Sequence record: NC_028925.1
DNA length: 64,000 nt
Direction: 5' to 3' (one strand)
DNA from: Escherichia phage vB_EcoM_VR25
Below are positions 30,020-38,648 of this stretch, piece by piece. The notes under the pieces were generated by a model. That model was not told the origin of the DNA and made no database searches. It saw only the letters and a list, made by a program, of their open reading frames with translations. Each line of letters begins with the position of its first letter. The first letter of the stretch is position 1. A program made the position numbers and the translations under genes.

Positions 30020-31552
30020 TTATTTTAACCCCGTCTGTGACCAGTCGCCAAATACTTCTTCGAAAGTATCTGCCTTATCTTTATCGAATCTGAAACCTTT
30101 GATAATCGGAAGGAACAGTTTAACGGTATTATCTTTACGAGTTTCAGAAGTCAACCAACCATTACATTCACAATCAGCAATCATTCCAACTAATTCACCT
30201 TTGCGAGCCTTAATCATAAGAGCTTCGCGGTCCATTTCATGACGCTCATCAATTGGGATAATAGTCCATTTCTTAGTCTTCGGGTCTTTGACTTGTGTTG
30301 TATCTTTGAAGCCTGACCCACAATTGGTAACAATTTTACCGCAAGAAGATTGAAGTACAACACCACCAATTTTATTTGGGTCTTTCTCGTGCTCATAGAA
30401 TCCGATAATTTCCAAAGCGATGTCAATAACTTCTTTGAACTTGTACATATTCTTAGAACGCTTGTTTTCCCAAGGAGCTGCAGTGTTTTTAAGAATAATA
30501 CCTTCGAGTTTTAAAGCAATATATTTCTTATAGATGGCTTTGGCTTCTTCGAGGTTATTAACCACGTGGTTTTCAATCAGAATCATACGGTCGTAGCCAT
30601 GAAGCACCACGTTATCTGCAATCATCTTCTCTAATACCGCGAACCGCACATCATATTTCAGAGGGTTAAGAATTTTAACATCTGAATACACTTCAATCAA
30701 CGGAACATAATCCCAGACCTGGAATTTCATGCCAGCTGCTTCAACCGCAGTGATAGTTCCTTTTAATGATTTGTTCGCTAGACCGTTTGACTTAGTACGA
30801 GATTCCGCAGATTCAATTTGAGTCTCGGCTTGCTCTGTATCGCCAAAAAGGAAGCCCAAACCGTCATTCTGGGGAGCTACTTTCTGTTCATGGTATACTA
30901 ACTCGCCATCAATTAAAACGCCCTCAGGATGTCTCTCACGCGCTTCACGGGTAGCTTCAATCAATTCCTTTTTAAGGAGGTCAAGCTTAAGGTATTCGTT
31001 ACCAGCTCGGGATAGCAATCGAACATCATCCAACTCATCGCCACGAACTTCTGCAAAACACCGAGCACCATCGGCTTTCAATTGTGCAAAGGCCGGGAAC
31101 TTAATGTTCTTGGCAATACCGGCTTCATCATAGGAAGAAGCGAGCATCTGCGGTTGTTCGGGAATTAAACCTTTCCAAACTTTATTCGCAATCGATACGG
31201 ATGCACCACATTCCAGGTCACGCATCATCACACGGCGCAGGACTTCAACATCATCTTTTTTACCATCAGCAATATAGCCAGATAATTCCTCAATTGCAGC
31301 ATTACCTGTTAATTTACGAGGTGCCAATGTAAATTCGATAAAGTCAAGCATATCATCGATATTCAACATGCCAAAGCTTTGAGTCGTTGTCCCGGGTTTT
31401 GGCCATTTCTTGATATAAAACTGAATACCTTTGGAATATGTCAAACGATATACACGTTTAAGGGTTTCATTTTCAGAATACGATTCCAGGATAGCTTGTT
31501 TCTCTTTCGTAGAATCGGTTGCAGCAATTTCATTTAAAATATCTAAAATCAT
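30020..31552 (-). CDS. 30: ATP-dependent DNA ligase
   Basis: 510-aa ORF; MILDILNEIAA..STKEKQAIL... and KADGARC adenylation motif match remembered T4 ligase. Confidence 0.95.
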   Translation of the reverse strand: MILDILNEIAATDSTKEKQAILESYSENETLKRVYRLTYSKGIQFYIKKWPKPGTTTQSFGMLNIDDMLDFIEFTLAPRKLTGNAAIEELSGYIADGKKDDVEVLRRVMMRDLECGASVSIANKVWKGLIPEQPQMLASSYDEAGIAKNIKFPAFAQLKADGARCFAEVRGDELDDVRLLSRAGNEYLKLDLLKKELIEATREARERHPEGVLIDGELVYHEQKVAPQNDGLGFLFGDTEQAETQIESAESRTKSNGLANKSLKGTITAVEAAGMKFQVWDYVPLIEVYSDVKILNPLKYDVRFAVLEKMIADNVVLHGYDRMILIENHVVNNLEEAKAIYKKYIALKLEGIILKNTAAPWENKRSKNMYKFKEVIDIALEIIGFYEHEKDPNKIGGVVLQSSCGKIVTNCGSGFKDTTQVKDPKTKKWTIIPIDERHEMDREALMIKARKGELVGMIADCECNGWLTSETRKDNTVKLFLPIIKGFRFDKDKADTFEEVFGDWSQTGLK

Positions 31553-31562
31553 TAATCACCTC

Positions 31563-31841
31563 TTAGTCGTTGGCTCTATTATATGCCACGTCTTCCAAAA
31601 GCAAATCCAGACGCTTATGATATGAGAACACAAATTTCGTGGCACCATCTGGTTTCATTTTAGTCATGAAGTGAACATAAATGAATCCTTGCTCAACACA
31701 TTCACGCCAAACGGGATTATCTTTAGCCGGATTAATATCAAACGAGTAATCATGATTCACATGACGAATAAACTGGTTAACATGACCATAATCCATCGTG
31801 GTGGTTGGACCACGGTCAGAAATAGTATGAACGACAAACAT
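31563..31841 (-). CDS. Hypothetical protein (30.1-position)
   Basis: Internal start at 31841 with GGAAGGGG RBS, stop-start junction TAATATG with upstream gene. Confidence 0.55.
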   Translation of the reverse strand: MFVVHTISDRGPTTTMDYGHVNQFIRHVNHDYSFDINPAKDNPVWRECVEQGFIYVHFMTKMKPDGATKFVFSYHKRLDLLLEDVAYNRAND

Positions 31842-31842
31842 A

Positions 31843-32655
31843 TTAACCCCTTCCACAGGTCGGTTGATTATACCAGTATTCAATACCAGTACCTACGCCA
31901 TATTGGTATGGATATGCTGGATTATATCCAGGAGTCCATGGCTGACCTGGCTGCCAGCCTTGTTGCATTTGTTGCTGAAGACGTCGAGTTTCACGAAACA
32001 GTTCTTCCAGTTTACGGAGTTCATCTGGTGTGAATTCTGGTTTGGTCGGTTCATCTTTGTGTTTCAGTTTAAGCTGTCCAGCAACATCGTCCCAATTAAA
32101 AACTTTGGAAGCTGTTTTAGGAATAGCATCACGTTCACCACGAGCCATCCAATAAACCGGAACTGCAAGGATTTCACTCGCATGGTCACAATGGTGTGCA
32201 AGGTCATCAATATAACAAATGACATTATATTTGTCTTTTGCCTTCTGGAACAACTCCTCTTTAGAGGCTGTATGACCACACATCATAACTTCTTTAAACG
32301 CACCAGGGAACAAAGCATTCAGGTTGAATTGACGATTCAGGCGGGCGTCAATGGAATCACCCAGGGCTGTAACGGCCACAAAATCATATTGTTCTTTGAG
32401 GTTATTAATAACCCTTAACGCATCTGCATAAGGAGACAAATAACGAATAAAATCTGAACAGTTATATTTCTCAATCAACTGTGCGCCCAACTCTTCATCA
32501 CAATTGAACAGTTTGCCCGGGGTCACAAATTTTTCATCCTGAATCATCTTAAGGATATGTTCCAGGGGTAAATTGTATTTTTGAGCGAAATAAGGCAAGC
32601 CAGATTGCCATGACAAACATACGCCATCAATGTCTGTTAAAATAACGGGTTTCAT
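31843..32655 (-). CDS. HAD-superfamily hydrolase-like protein with Q/P/Y-rich C-terminal tail
   Basis: N-terminal ILTDIDGV (DxDG motif I of HAD phosphatases/nucleotidases); low-complexity tail QQQMQQGWQPGQPWTPGYNPAYPYQYG. Confidence 0.65.
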   Translation of the reverse strand: MKPVILTDIDGVCLSWQSGLPYFAQKYNLPLEHILKMIQDEKFVTPGKLFNCDEELGAQLIEKYNCSDFIRYLSPYADALRVINNLKEQYDFVAVTALGDSIDARLNRQFNLNALFPGAFKEVMMCGHTASKEELFQKAKDKYNVICYIDDLAHHCDHASEILAVPVYWMARGERDAIPKTASKVFNWDDVAGQLKLKHKDEPTKPEFTPDELRKLEELFRETRRLQQQMQQGWQPGQPWTPGYNPAYPYQYGVGTGIEYWYNQPTCGRG

Positions 32656-33119
32656 AATGCATCTCTCAATTGGTTAAGTATGTCAATAAATTCTTGTTCA
32701 GTCAATATTGTATCATGAACAGTAAGGTGGCTCGCCATCGAATGCTTTAAAACTTTGCCCTTTGTAGCTTGTAGTGCGTCGCGGAATCCTTTGTTTTGGA
32801 GAGCTGCTTCAAAATATGCACTTGTATACAACTCTTTCCATGCTGCAGAGTATCTTGAAAAGGGAATTCCAAGCCAGAAAAGCGTCCCACGGTCCGCAGC
32901 TCTTGCATAAGCTCTTCCAGTTTGTTGTGCGACCAGTCCGGACATCCCAAATATACGTTTTTGTTGTTCATGATTTCTCACCTTGCACCCTTGGAGGAAA
33001 CCTTCAAGACCTCCAAACTGGATACCATCCATAACAAAAGGCCATTTGGCAAAGTTACTTAATGCACATGATGGCCACGGAAAATTGCTTCTGATTTCTA
33101 ACTCAGACATCTTTGACAC
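32652..33119 (-). CDS. NADAR (YbiA-like, DUF1768) domain protein
   Basis: Pattern SNF..P...LSNFAKWPF..DG..F...E.FLQ..K closely parallels E. coli YbiA FSNFAAWP..DGKTWPTSEHYFQAQKF. Confidence 0.6.
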   Translation of the reverse strand: MSKMSELEIRSNFPWPSCALSNFAKWPFVMDGIQFGGLEGFLQGCKVRNHEQQKRIFGMSGLVAQQTGRAYARAADRGTLFWLGIPFSRYSAAWKELYTSAYFEAALQNKGFRDALQATKGKVLKHSMASHLTVHDTILTEQEFIDILNQLRDAL

Positions 33120-33315
33120 TGATAATATCTACATCAGCCCAATGACCATAACCAGGTAGACGGTCTGCAATGGATAAACCGCCGTCAGATTTCAGCATTT
33201 TAATTGTTTTAGTATATGGTTCAATATTTCGGGCCCATGGACTTACGTCAGTCACGCGATAAGTCACTTCAACCATTTCTGTGCCCAAAATTTTCTGAAT
33301 CAGTTTCTTAAACAT
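33103..33315 (-). CDS. Hypothetical protein (70 aa)
   Basis: ORF in compact operon, no recognised domain. Confidence 0.5.
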   Translation of the reverse strand: MFKKLIQKILGTEMVEVTYRVTDVSPWARNIEPYTKTIKMLKSDGGLSIADRLPGYGHWADVDIISVKDV

Positions 33316-33316
33316 A

Positions 33317-33511
33317 TTATCCTCGCCTTAAACATTTGATTACAGATAGTTCACCGTCCATGCGAACGTCTTCAGTTCCATCAACCCACAAGACTAAATA
33401 CGCTTCTTTAATTACAATACCACCGAATTTAAAAGCAGGCAAGACCTTAGAAATCATTCCAGGAATACCTACACCTTTTAACTGAACAGTTTGTGATAAG
33501 AATAGTTGCAT
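33317..33511 (-). CDS. Hypothetical protein (64 aa)
   Basis: ORF in compact operon. Confidence 0.5.
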   Translation of the reverse strand: MQLFLSQTVQLKGVGIPGMISKVLPAFKFGGIVIKEAYLVLWVDGTEDVRMDGELSVIKCLRRG

Positions 33512-33828
33512 TAGAACCTCGTCAGGAAACCGCGTGATTTAACATTTTTGCCATTAATATCAGATGAATTAATTTCACGCGCTGAAATTGGGTCAATATC
33601 AATGTCGCGACTAAGCTTGGTGATTGCCAGAGTATCGCGTCCATTAACAGTCCTGAATTCAACTGGGCAAACTATATCCGCATAGTTTTTAATGGATTCT
33701 TTAGTTGGTTCGCACCCAGCAGGAACATTAGGGCCTTTTTTAGAGAAAACAACTTCACAGAAATTTTTACGTGTATCAAAGTAAGTAGTCATAAACATAG
33801 TATTTTCCTCAAGGGGCTTTCGCCCCAT
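33511..33828 (-). CDS. Hypothetical protein (about 100 aa; start uncertain)
   Basis: ORF in compact operon; alternative internal ATGs near the N-terminus. Confidence 0.5.
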   Translation of the reverse strand: MGRKPLEENTMFMTTYFDTRKNFCEVVFSKKGPNVPAGCEPTKESIKNYADIVCPVEFRTVNGRDTLAITKLSRDIDIDPISAREINSSDINGKNVKSRGFLTRF

Positions 33829-33834
33829 TTAAGA

Positions 33835-34200
33835 TTAGATATCAAATTCATTAAGAACTACATCAAAGATTGCTTCCAGGTGTTCAGGTTTTGCTTTGTT
33901 ACCCAGGATATGGCGAATCCAAGTTTTAACCAACAGCTTGCGATTAACACCATTCCAACAAGGATGAGTCCCTAAATCACGCTCACGGAAATCATCATCT
34001 AAAGCAATTTTAAAGTTGGAACCAGTCATTGTGATTGAAAGAGTGATACCATTTTCAAATCGCATATAAACGTAGTTAGGAGTCATATACTGTTCAATTT
34101 CACACACTGAACCATTTTTATGTTTCCACAGGCAAATAACTTCAGAAGAACCTGGGATGCAGTTAGAAACATATTTGCGTTCAAAGTTGATGTAGTTCAT
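33835..34200 (-). CDS. Hypothetical protein (121 aa)
   Basis: ORF in compact operon. Confidence 0.55.
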   Translation of the reverse strand: MNYINFERKYVSNCIPGSSEVICLWKHKNGSVCEIEQYMTPNYVYMRFENGITLSITMTGSNFKIALDDDFRERDLGTHPCWNGVNRKLLVKTWIRHILGNKAKPEHLEAIFDVVLNEFDI

Positions 34201-34271
34201 TTTATTCTCCAGTTGTTTTCATTTGTTGGTACAGGTCTATAATATCATAACCTGTACCAAAGTAAACTGTT

Positions 34272-34640
34272 TTATGCGACTTTAATCCAATTATCTAAAT
34301 TTAATTCACCCTTAGCTTTCATTTTTTCAATCAAATCATCAGCAGTGGTGCGACCATTTTGATACCATGTAACATCTTCAGAATAACCAGTTTCTTCATC
34401 TTCATAGGTCTTACAACGAATCTTACCAAGAATCAAAGTTTTCAGTTCGTAGGTATCACCAGTAAAAAAGTTAGTTAACATAATTTTCCAAGAGAAATCA
34501 TCAGAAGGACCTTCAGGAGTCATACAACCTACAAATTCAAATTGTTCTTTGTATAAGTGCCATTGCATTTCTTTAGTTTCGATAGCTTTATAACCGTCGT
34601 GGTCTTTACCTTTGATGTATGAGTTAAGATTGATTTTCAT
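34272..34640 (-). CDS. Hypothetical protein (122 aa)
   Basis: ORF with GGAG RBS downstream of early-type promoter 34682-34711. Confidence 0.55.
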   Translation of the reverse strand: MKINLNSYIKGKDHDGYKAIETKEMQWHLYKEQFEFVGCMTPEGPSDDFSWKIMLTNFFTGDTYELKTLILGKIRCKTYEDEETGYSEDVTWYQNGRTTADDLIEKMKAKGELNLDNWIKVA

Positions 34641-34681
34641 TTTATTCTCCAGTGTTTTATTGTGTAACTCAGTATGGAATC

Positions 34682-34711
34682 ATTATGCACTGGACCAACC
34701 CTGTTGTAAAC
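34682..34711 (-). promoter_or_regulatory. Early-type promoter (TTTACA-17 nt-CATAAT), copy of the 8959-8988 element
   Basis: Same -35/-10/spacer and same downstream leader motif CATACTGAGTTAC. Confidence 0.45.
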
Positions 34712-34719
34712 CCCTTTAT

Positions 34720-34750
34720 GGAAAATAAAAAAGGGACTCCGAAGAGTCCC
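34720..34750 (-). terminator. Terminator after the small basic-protein gene
   Basis: GGGACTC-TTCG-GAGTCCC stem followed (minus strand) by T6. Confidence 0.6.
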
Positions 34751-34755
34751 TGAAC

Positions 34756-34917
34756 TTATGCTTTCGGCTTACCAAAGCAAGCTGCATCGGCACGCAATAC
34801 CGCACGAGCACGAGCCTGAAGTTTATCAGTTACCTGATTGATTCGCTTGTTGGACGCACGCTTGTAACCAGCGCGTTTGGAGGAGCCATCAACAACTTTA
34901 ACTTCTTTCTTAGCCAT
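34756..34917 (-). CDS. Small basic hypothetical protein (53 aa)
   Basis: Hand-translated MAKKEVKVVDGSSKRAGYKRASNKRINQ...; below ORF-track cut-off; terminator immediately downstream. Confidence 0.4.
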   Translation of the reverse strand: MAKKEVKVVDGSSKRAGYKRASNKRINQVTDKLQARARAVLRADAACFGKPKA

Positions 34918-35213
34918 ATTAAATTCTCTTTAAAATAGAATGCAGGACTTATTGACATTGCCTGCGCAAGCCCTCGAAGGGAACATTAGGTTTCGGATAT
35001 TTAACGACAGGATAACCATAAACCTCGTCATCATACCAACCACGGCTTAGACAGATAACCTTTTTCTGACGCGTGATAGTACAAAATACATTCAAGAGGT
35101 ACACCGTAAAACTGCTGGGGTCTTAAAACTATAATGATTCGCAAATCATTAATCAGACAGTTCGACGGCTCCTCGATTTTCTAGCCGCACTAAGGTAGCG
35201 AATCACCTACAGC

Positions 35214-35468
35214 TTACTTCAGGGTTACGACAAAATGGCGAACAGCTTTGCGGGCAGCAGATGCCAGCGGCTTAGCAAATTTCAGTTCATCTTTTGCTTC
35301 GAGTACAGCGCGAAGGTCGGTTTGTACCGGGTTAAGATGTTTGAAATACTGCAGGATTTCCAGTGCTTCGGCTTCAACATCAATAGATGCGCCGTAGTTT
35401 TCGTGACCGTTATTCCATGCAGTGCGTTGCAGTTCAAGAGCGTGTTGTAATTGTTTGTTTAAAGACAT
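35214..35468 (-). CDS. rIII: rIII lysis-inhibition accessory protein
   Basis: Internal start 35468 (GAGG RBS): MSLNKQLQHALELQR..AWNNG.ENYGASIDVEAEALEIL.YFKHLNP... matches remembered T4 RIII; the upstream 45 codons of the track ORF are rejected. Confidence 0.85.
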   Translation of the reverse strand: MSLNKQLQHALELQRTAWNNGHENYGASIDVEAEALEILQYFKHLNPVQTDLRAVLEAKDELKFAKPLASAARKAVRHFVVTLK

Positions 35469-35608
35469 TTTAGAAGCCTCAATATGAGGTGAATATTTGG
35501 TGGACACGTTCTTCTGAATTTCACTTCCTTTCGGCAAGTCTCTCAGTTGTAGTCCACCGTTTAGGATTCTCCGGGTAACTAACTGGTCCGGCAGCCAATC
35601 CATATTAT

Positions 35609-35616
35609 TATTTATA
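35609..35616 (-). promoter_or_regulatory. Possible late promoter box TATAAATA (minus strand) upstream of rIII
   Basis: Exact minus-strand TATAAATA; about 140 nt upstream of the rIII ATG. Confidence 0.35.
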
Positions 35617-35625
35617 ACGCTAATT

Positions 35626-35973
35626 TTACTTATAAAGACAAGGAACAGCTTTATAATGACAGGTCACAAATTTCTGCTTAACTTCTTTAGCCTGCTTAAG
35701 TCCCAGAGCAACCAGAGGATGTGGAACGTTTGCAATCTTGCCAACCGGAAGAGGAGTCAAATCACCTACTTCACAGAAGCCTTCAGGAACATCTGAACCA
35801 ATCGAAAATACTTCACACATCTCGGGAATTTCACCCTGATGGAGTTTTCCGATAACGATACCTGATGCCGTAGTTTCTTCATCACCAGCTTGCTTTGGCT
35901 CAGAAACCAAAATAATATATTCACCTACTGCTTTAATTGGTAATTCCATATTTAATCCATGTTGTTTGGTCAT
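35626..35973 (-). CDS. 31: Co-chaperonin (GroES-like) gp31
   Basis: C-terminus ...[32 protein letters not shown] matches remembered T4 gp31; start may be at 35973 or internal 35949. Confidence 0.88.
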   Translation of the reverse strand: MTKQHGLNMELPIKAVGEYIILVSEPKQAGDEETTASGIVIGKLHQGEIPEMCEVFSIGSDVPEGFCEVGDLTPLPVGKIANVPHPLVALGLKQAKEVKQKFVTCHYKAVPCLYK

Positions 35974-36004
35974 GTATTAATAATAACACGCGTTGTTTGA
36001 AGCA

Positions 36005-36304
36005 TTAAAGGACGAGCAGAGTCTCGGTCTGTAATCCATTCACAGAAATCAATTTATTGAAACAGAATGAACGCCACTCATTAAGCTTGGTATCAAATAC
36101 CCTGATATAGCTAACCGGTTCTTTACTAGTTTCTGGTCCAGGGGCCTGGATTTCTTTATACGGCAGCAGGTCCAGGTCGCGAGTACAAGTCATACGACGG
36201 GTGCTGCCATCTGCTTTTTCAAACAGAACTTCGTGAAAACCAACAGACAAGATAGTCTTGACTTTTTCACGGAGGTGAATTGTTTCTTGTTCAGTTAAAA
36301 TCAT
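36005..36304 (-). CDS. Hypothetical protein (31.1-position)
   Basis: 99-aa ORF, position. Confidence 0.6.
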   Translation of the reverse strand: MILTEQETIHLREKVKTILSVGFHEVLFEKADGSTRRMTCTRDLDLLPYKEIQAPGPETSKEPVSYIRVFDTKLNEWRSFCFNKLISVNGLQTETLLVL

Positions 36305-36306
36305 AA

Positions 36307-36540
36307 TTATTCCAAAACAGTTTTAATGGTGGTTGTACCGCGCGATTTTAAAGCGCTCAACAGGTTTTTACATTTTTCAAAAACTGGGTCCGTTTTATAC
36401 TTAATGCTTTCATCAATCCATTCGGATTTATAGTAAGACTTCCAGCGAGAGAAAAAGTTCTTTTTGTATTCTACTGAAAAAGCAATTATACCAGTTCCTC
36501 TTGAACTAAGCCCGGATATTTTAACCATACGAAATTTCAT
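36307..36540 (-). CDS. Hypothetical protein (31.2-position)
   Basis: 77-aa ORF, position. Confidence 0.6.
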   Translation of the reverse strand: MKFRMVKISGLSSRGTGIIAFSVEYKKNFFSRWKSYYKSEWIDESIKYKTDPVFEKCKNLLSALKSRGTTTIKTVLE

Positions 36541-37121
36541 TATTCACCACAAAATTCGTTAATGTTTTCCCAGTTCAATTTGTCTAGACTACGCTTAGGC
36601 ACATTGAACACCTCAATTCCTGCATTCTTCAGGATATCATCCCAACCAGGAATATTCTTGTCATACGTTTCACAGTAAACCAATTTCTTGATTCCTGATT
36701 GAGAAATTGCCTTTGCACAATCAGGGCAAGGAGAAAGCGTCACGTACATAGTAGCGCCTTCAATTGACGACCCCATCCTTGCTGCAAACAAAATCGCATT
36801 AAGTTCTGCGTGGATTTCGTTGTTCTTTGACCATGCAGAATGTTCTTCACGATGAGCTTTCGCCAATACAAAACGGTCAACCTTACTGAATCTCACACAT
36901 TCTGGCTTGTGGCCAGGGACGAGAACAGGTTTAGGTTTATTCAGTAACCAACCTTGCTCCTCTGCATGCTCGCAACAGTTAACCCCACCTGCAGGGGAAC
37001 CATTATACCCTGTAGAAATAATGCGACCATTCTTTTCAATAACAGCTCCCACTTTCCAGGAGCAGCATTTTGATTCTTGAGATACAAGGTACGCGATTTG
37101 CAGAACAGTAGTTGGTTTCAT
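36540..37121 (-). CDS. cd: dCMP deaminase
   Basis: 193-aa ORF with zinc-binding deaminase motifs CEHAE and SPCPDC. Confidence 0.92.
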   Translation of the reverse strand: MKPTTVLQIAYLVSQESKCCSWKVGAVIEKNGRIISTGYNGSPAGGVNCCEHAEEQGWLLNKPKPVLVPGHKPECVRFSKVDRFVLAKAHREEHSAWSKNNEIHAELNAILFAARMGSSIEGATMYVTLSPCPDCAKAISQSGIKKLVYCETYDKNIPGWDDILKNAGIEVFNVPKRSLDKLNWENINEFCGE

Positions 37122-37460
37122 TTACATCACCATGATATAGGCAGATTTATCAGTTTCAACACGATATAATTCATGTCGCAATTTCGTGATTGATTTAACA
37201 CGTGAGGTTAATATACCATAACCATCTTTAAAGCGTTTTTTCTTATCAAAGAATACCACGCCTGATAATGAATTACCGATTTCAACTGGTAACATAGTCA
37301 ACAACACGCCATCATAATCAGCTGGGCTAATGCTTTTAAACAAAGTATCATTCATCAACAAAGCCCGGATAAATTGTATAGCACCATCAGAGAGACCTCG
37401 ATGGTCTCCATCCTTGTCTTCCTGTAATGCAGTGGTAATAGCTTCTACTAAACTAATCAT
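37122..37460 (-). CDS. Hypothetical protein (cd.x cluster)
   Basis: 112-aa ORF, coupled junctions. Confidence 0.6.
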   Translation of the reverse strand: MISLVEAITTALQEDKDGDHRGLSDGAIQFIRALLMNDTLFKSISPADYDGVLLTMLPVEIGNSLSGVVFFDKKKRFKDGYGILTSRVKSITKLRHELYRVETDKSAYIMVM

Positions 37461-37690
37461 TGAATGTACACTCGCTGCGCTTCAACCAGACCATCAGAAC
37501 CCAATTTCAATTGAGTAAACTGGTCACCATCTTTTGGATTAATGACAATCATAAAACTACGTGCAGATTCCTGAATAACTTTCAGAGTCGCATCAGGAAA
37601 TCGCTGTGATACATGGTTAATCATCGCTTGAGCAAATGCCTTCACTTTTTCGTGGAACTCTTCAACAGTAATTGGGGTTTCGCTAAGCAT
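37457..37690 (-). CDS. Hypothetical protein (cd.x cluster)
   Basis: 77-aa ORF. Confidence 0.6.
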   Translation of the reverse strand: MLSETPITVEEFHEKVKAFAQAMINHVSQRFPDATLKVIQESARSFMIVINPKDGDQFTQLKLGSDGLVEAQRVYIQ

Positions 37691-38232
37691 CAGATTGTCT
37701 CCTGTTTTACTTGTTTAACGATAGAAGCTTTTGTTATATCACCTTTGATAATATAACAATCTTCTGCAGTACCACGGCTTAACAGACGCTCTGCTTCGCC
37801 TTCCGCATATTCTTTTGACACATGACGAGAGTTAATCTCAATCTTGCCATTTTTAACTACAAGCAATTTCCAAACTGATGCAAGTTTTACTGGCACAGGT
37901 TCAACTTCTGGCTTAACACCAACTTCCGCCTGGATGAAATAATCAAATTCATCAGACAATGGACCAGCAGAAACAAACAGCGCACCATGATGCCTGTTCT
38001 GTGTGCCAGATATTTTTGGCAAATCCACAAAATCATTTTCATCAATCAAACGGATTTCACAAACTTTTTTACCACCGCTGATGGCATCAGGTACAATTTT
38101 CACTTCAAACGGAGTCATACCGATGTATCCAGCAATTTGGTAATTAGCTGCCCAGCCTCCGGCAATAAATTGTTTTTTAGCATTTTCAGACGTGAACTTG
38201 TAAAACTTACCTTCTTCAAAGAAATCACTCAT
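37690..38232 (-). CDS. Hypothetical protein, member of GKFY...AKKQFIAG paralog family
   Basis: 180-aa ORF; N-terminal motif shared with ORF 51091-51456. Confidence 0.6.
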   Translation of the reverse strand: MSDFFEEGKFYKFTSENAKKQFIAGGWAANYQIAGYIGMTPFEVKIVPDAISGGKKVCEIRLIDENDFVDLPKISGTQNRHHGALFVSAGPLSDEFDYFIQAEVGVKPEVEPVPVKLASVWKLLVVKNGKIEINSRHVSKEYAEGEAERLLSRGTAEDCYIIKGDITKASIVKQVKQETI

Positions 38233-38261
38233 TTTGTTTTCCTCATGTGTTGATGAAATTC

Positions 38262-38290
38262 ATTATACACCATCCATGGTGAAAGTAAAC
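38262..38290 (-). promoter_or_regulatory. Early-type promoter (GTTTAC-17 nt-TATAAT)
   Basis: Minus-strand -35 and -10 with 17-nt spacer about 30 nt upstream of the 38232 start. Confidence 0.45.
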
Positions 38291-38298
38291 ACTTTAAA

Positions 38299-38577
38299 TT
38301 AAATTGCTTCGACAACTACTGTTTGTTTCTGGAAGTCCATTTTGCATGAAATAGTCAAAATGTGGTTATCAATTTTAAATGGAACAATTGCAAATGCTGC
38401 ACCAGGGTGGAGCTGGACAGTGATTGCATCAACTGCATCCGGGAACATGATTTCCAGAATAGCAGACAAACGACCATGCACTTTTAGTTCAGTCGACACG
38501 TCGACGATTTCGTATAGATAATCAGATACAATCTGACTAAAAACTAATTTAACAATTTCAGAATATGTAGGAAACAT
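38299..38577 (-). CDS. Hypothetical protein (92 aa)
   Basis: ORF; promoter-like TATAAT/GGGTCTAGG element at 38624-38650 upstream. Confidence 0.55.
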   Translation of the reverse strand: MFPTYSEIVKLVFSQIVSDYLYEIVDVSTELKVHGRLSAILEIMFPDAVDAITVQLHPGAAFAIVPFKIDNHILTISCKMDFQKQTVVVEAI

Positions 38578-38648
38578 TTCTTTTCTCGCTTAGTTATTGG
38601 GATTATCCAAAGGACCTAGACCCATTATAACATAAAATTTTTAAAGCG

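Noticed and set aside
31864-32418. 184-aa plus-strand ORF
   Set aside because: Antisense within the HAD-like gene, no RBS, interrupts an otherwise uniform minus-strand operon
34918-35213. tRNA or other structured RNA gene in the noncoding gap
   Set aside because: No GTTCGAAT-type T-loop or cloverleaf could be found by eye; retained only as an unexplained gap finding
35469-35603. N-terminal 45-codon extension of the rIII ORF
   Set aside because: Remembered T4 RIII begins at the internal MSLNKQ; the internal ATG has a GAGG RBS, and the extension would start only 6 nt from a promoter box
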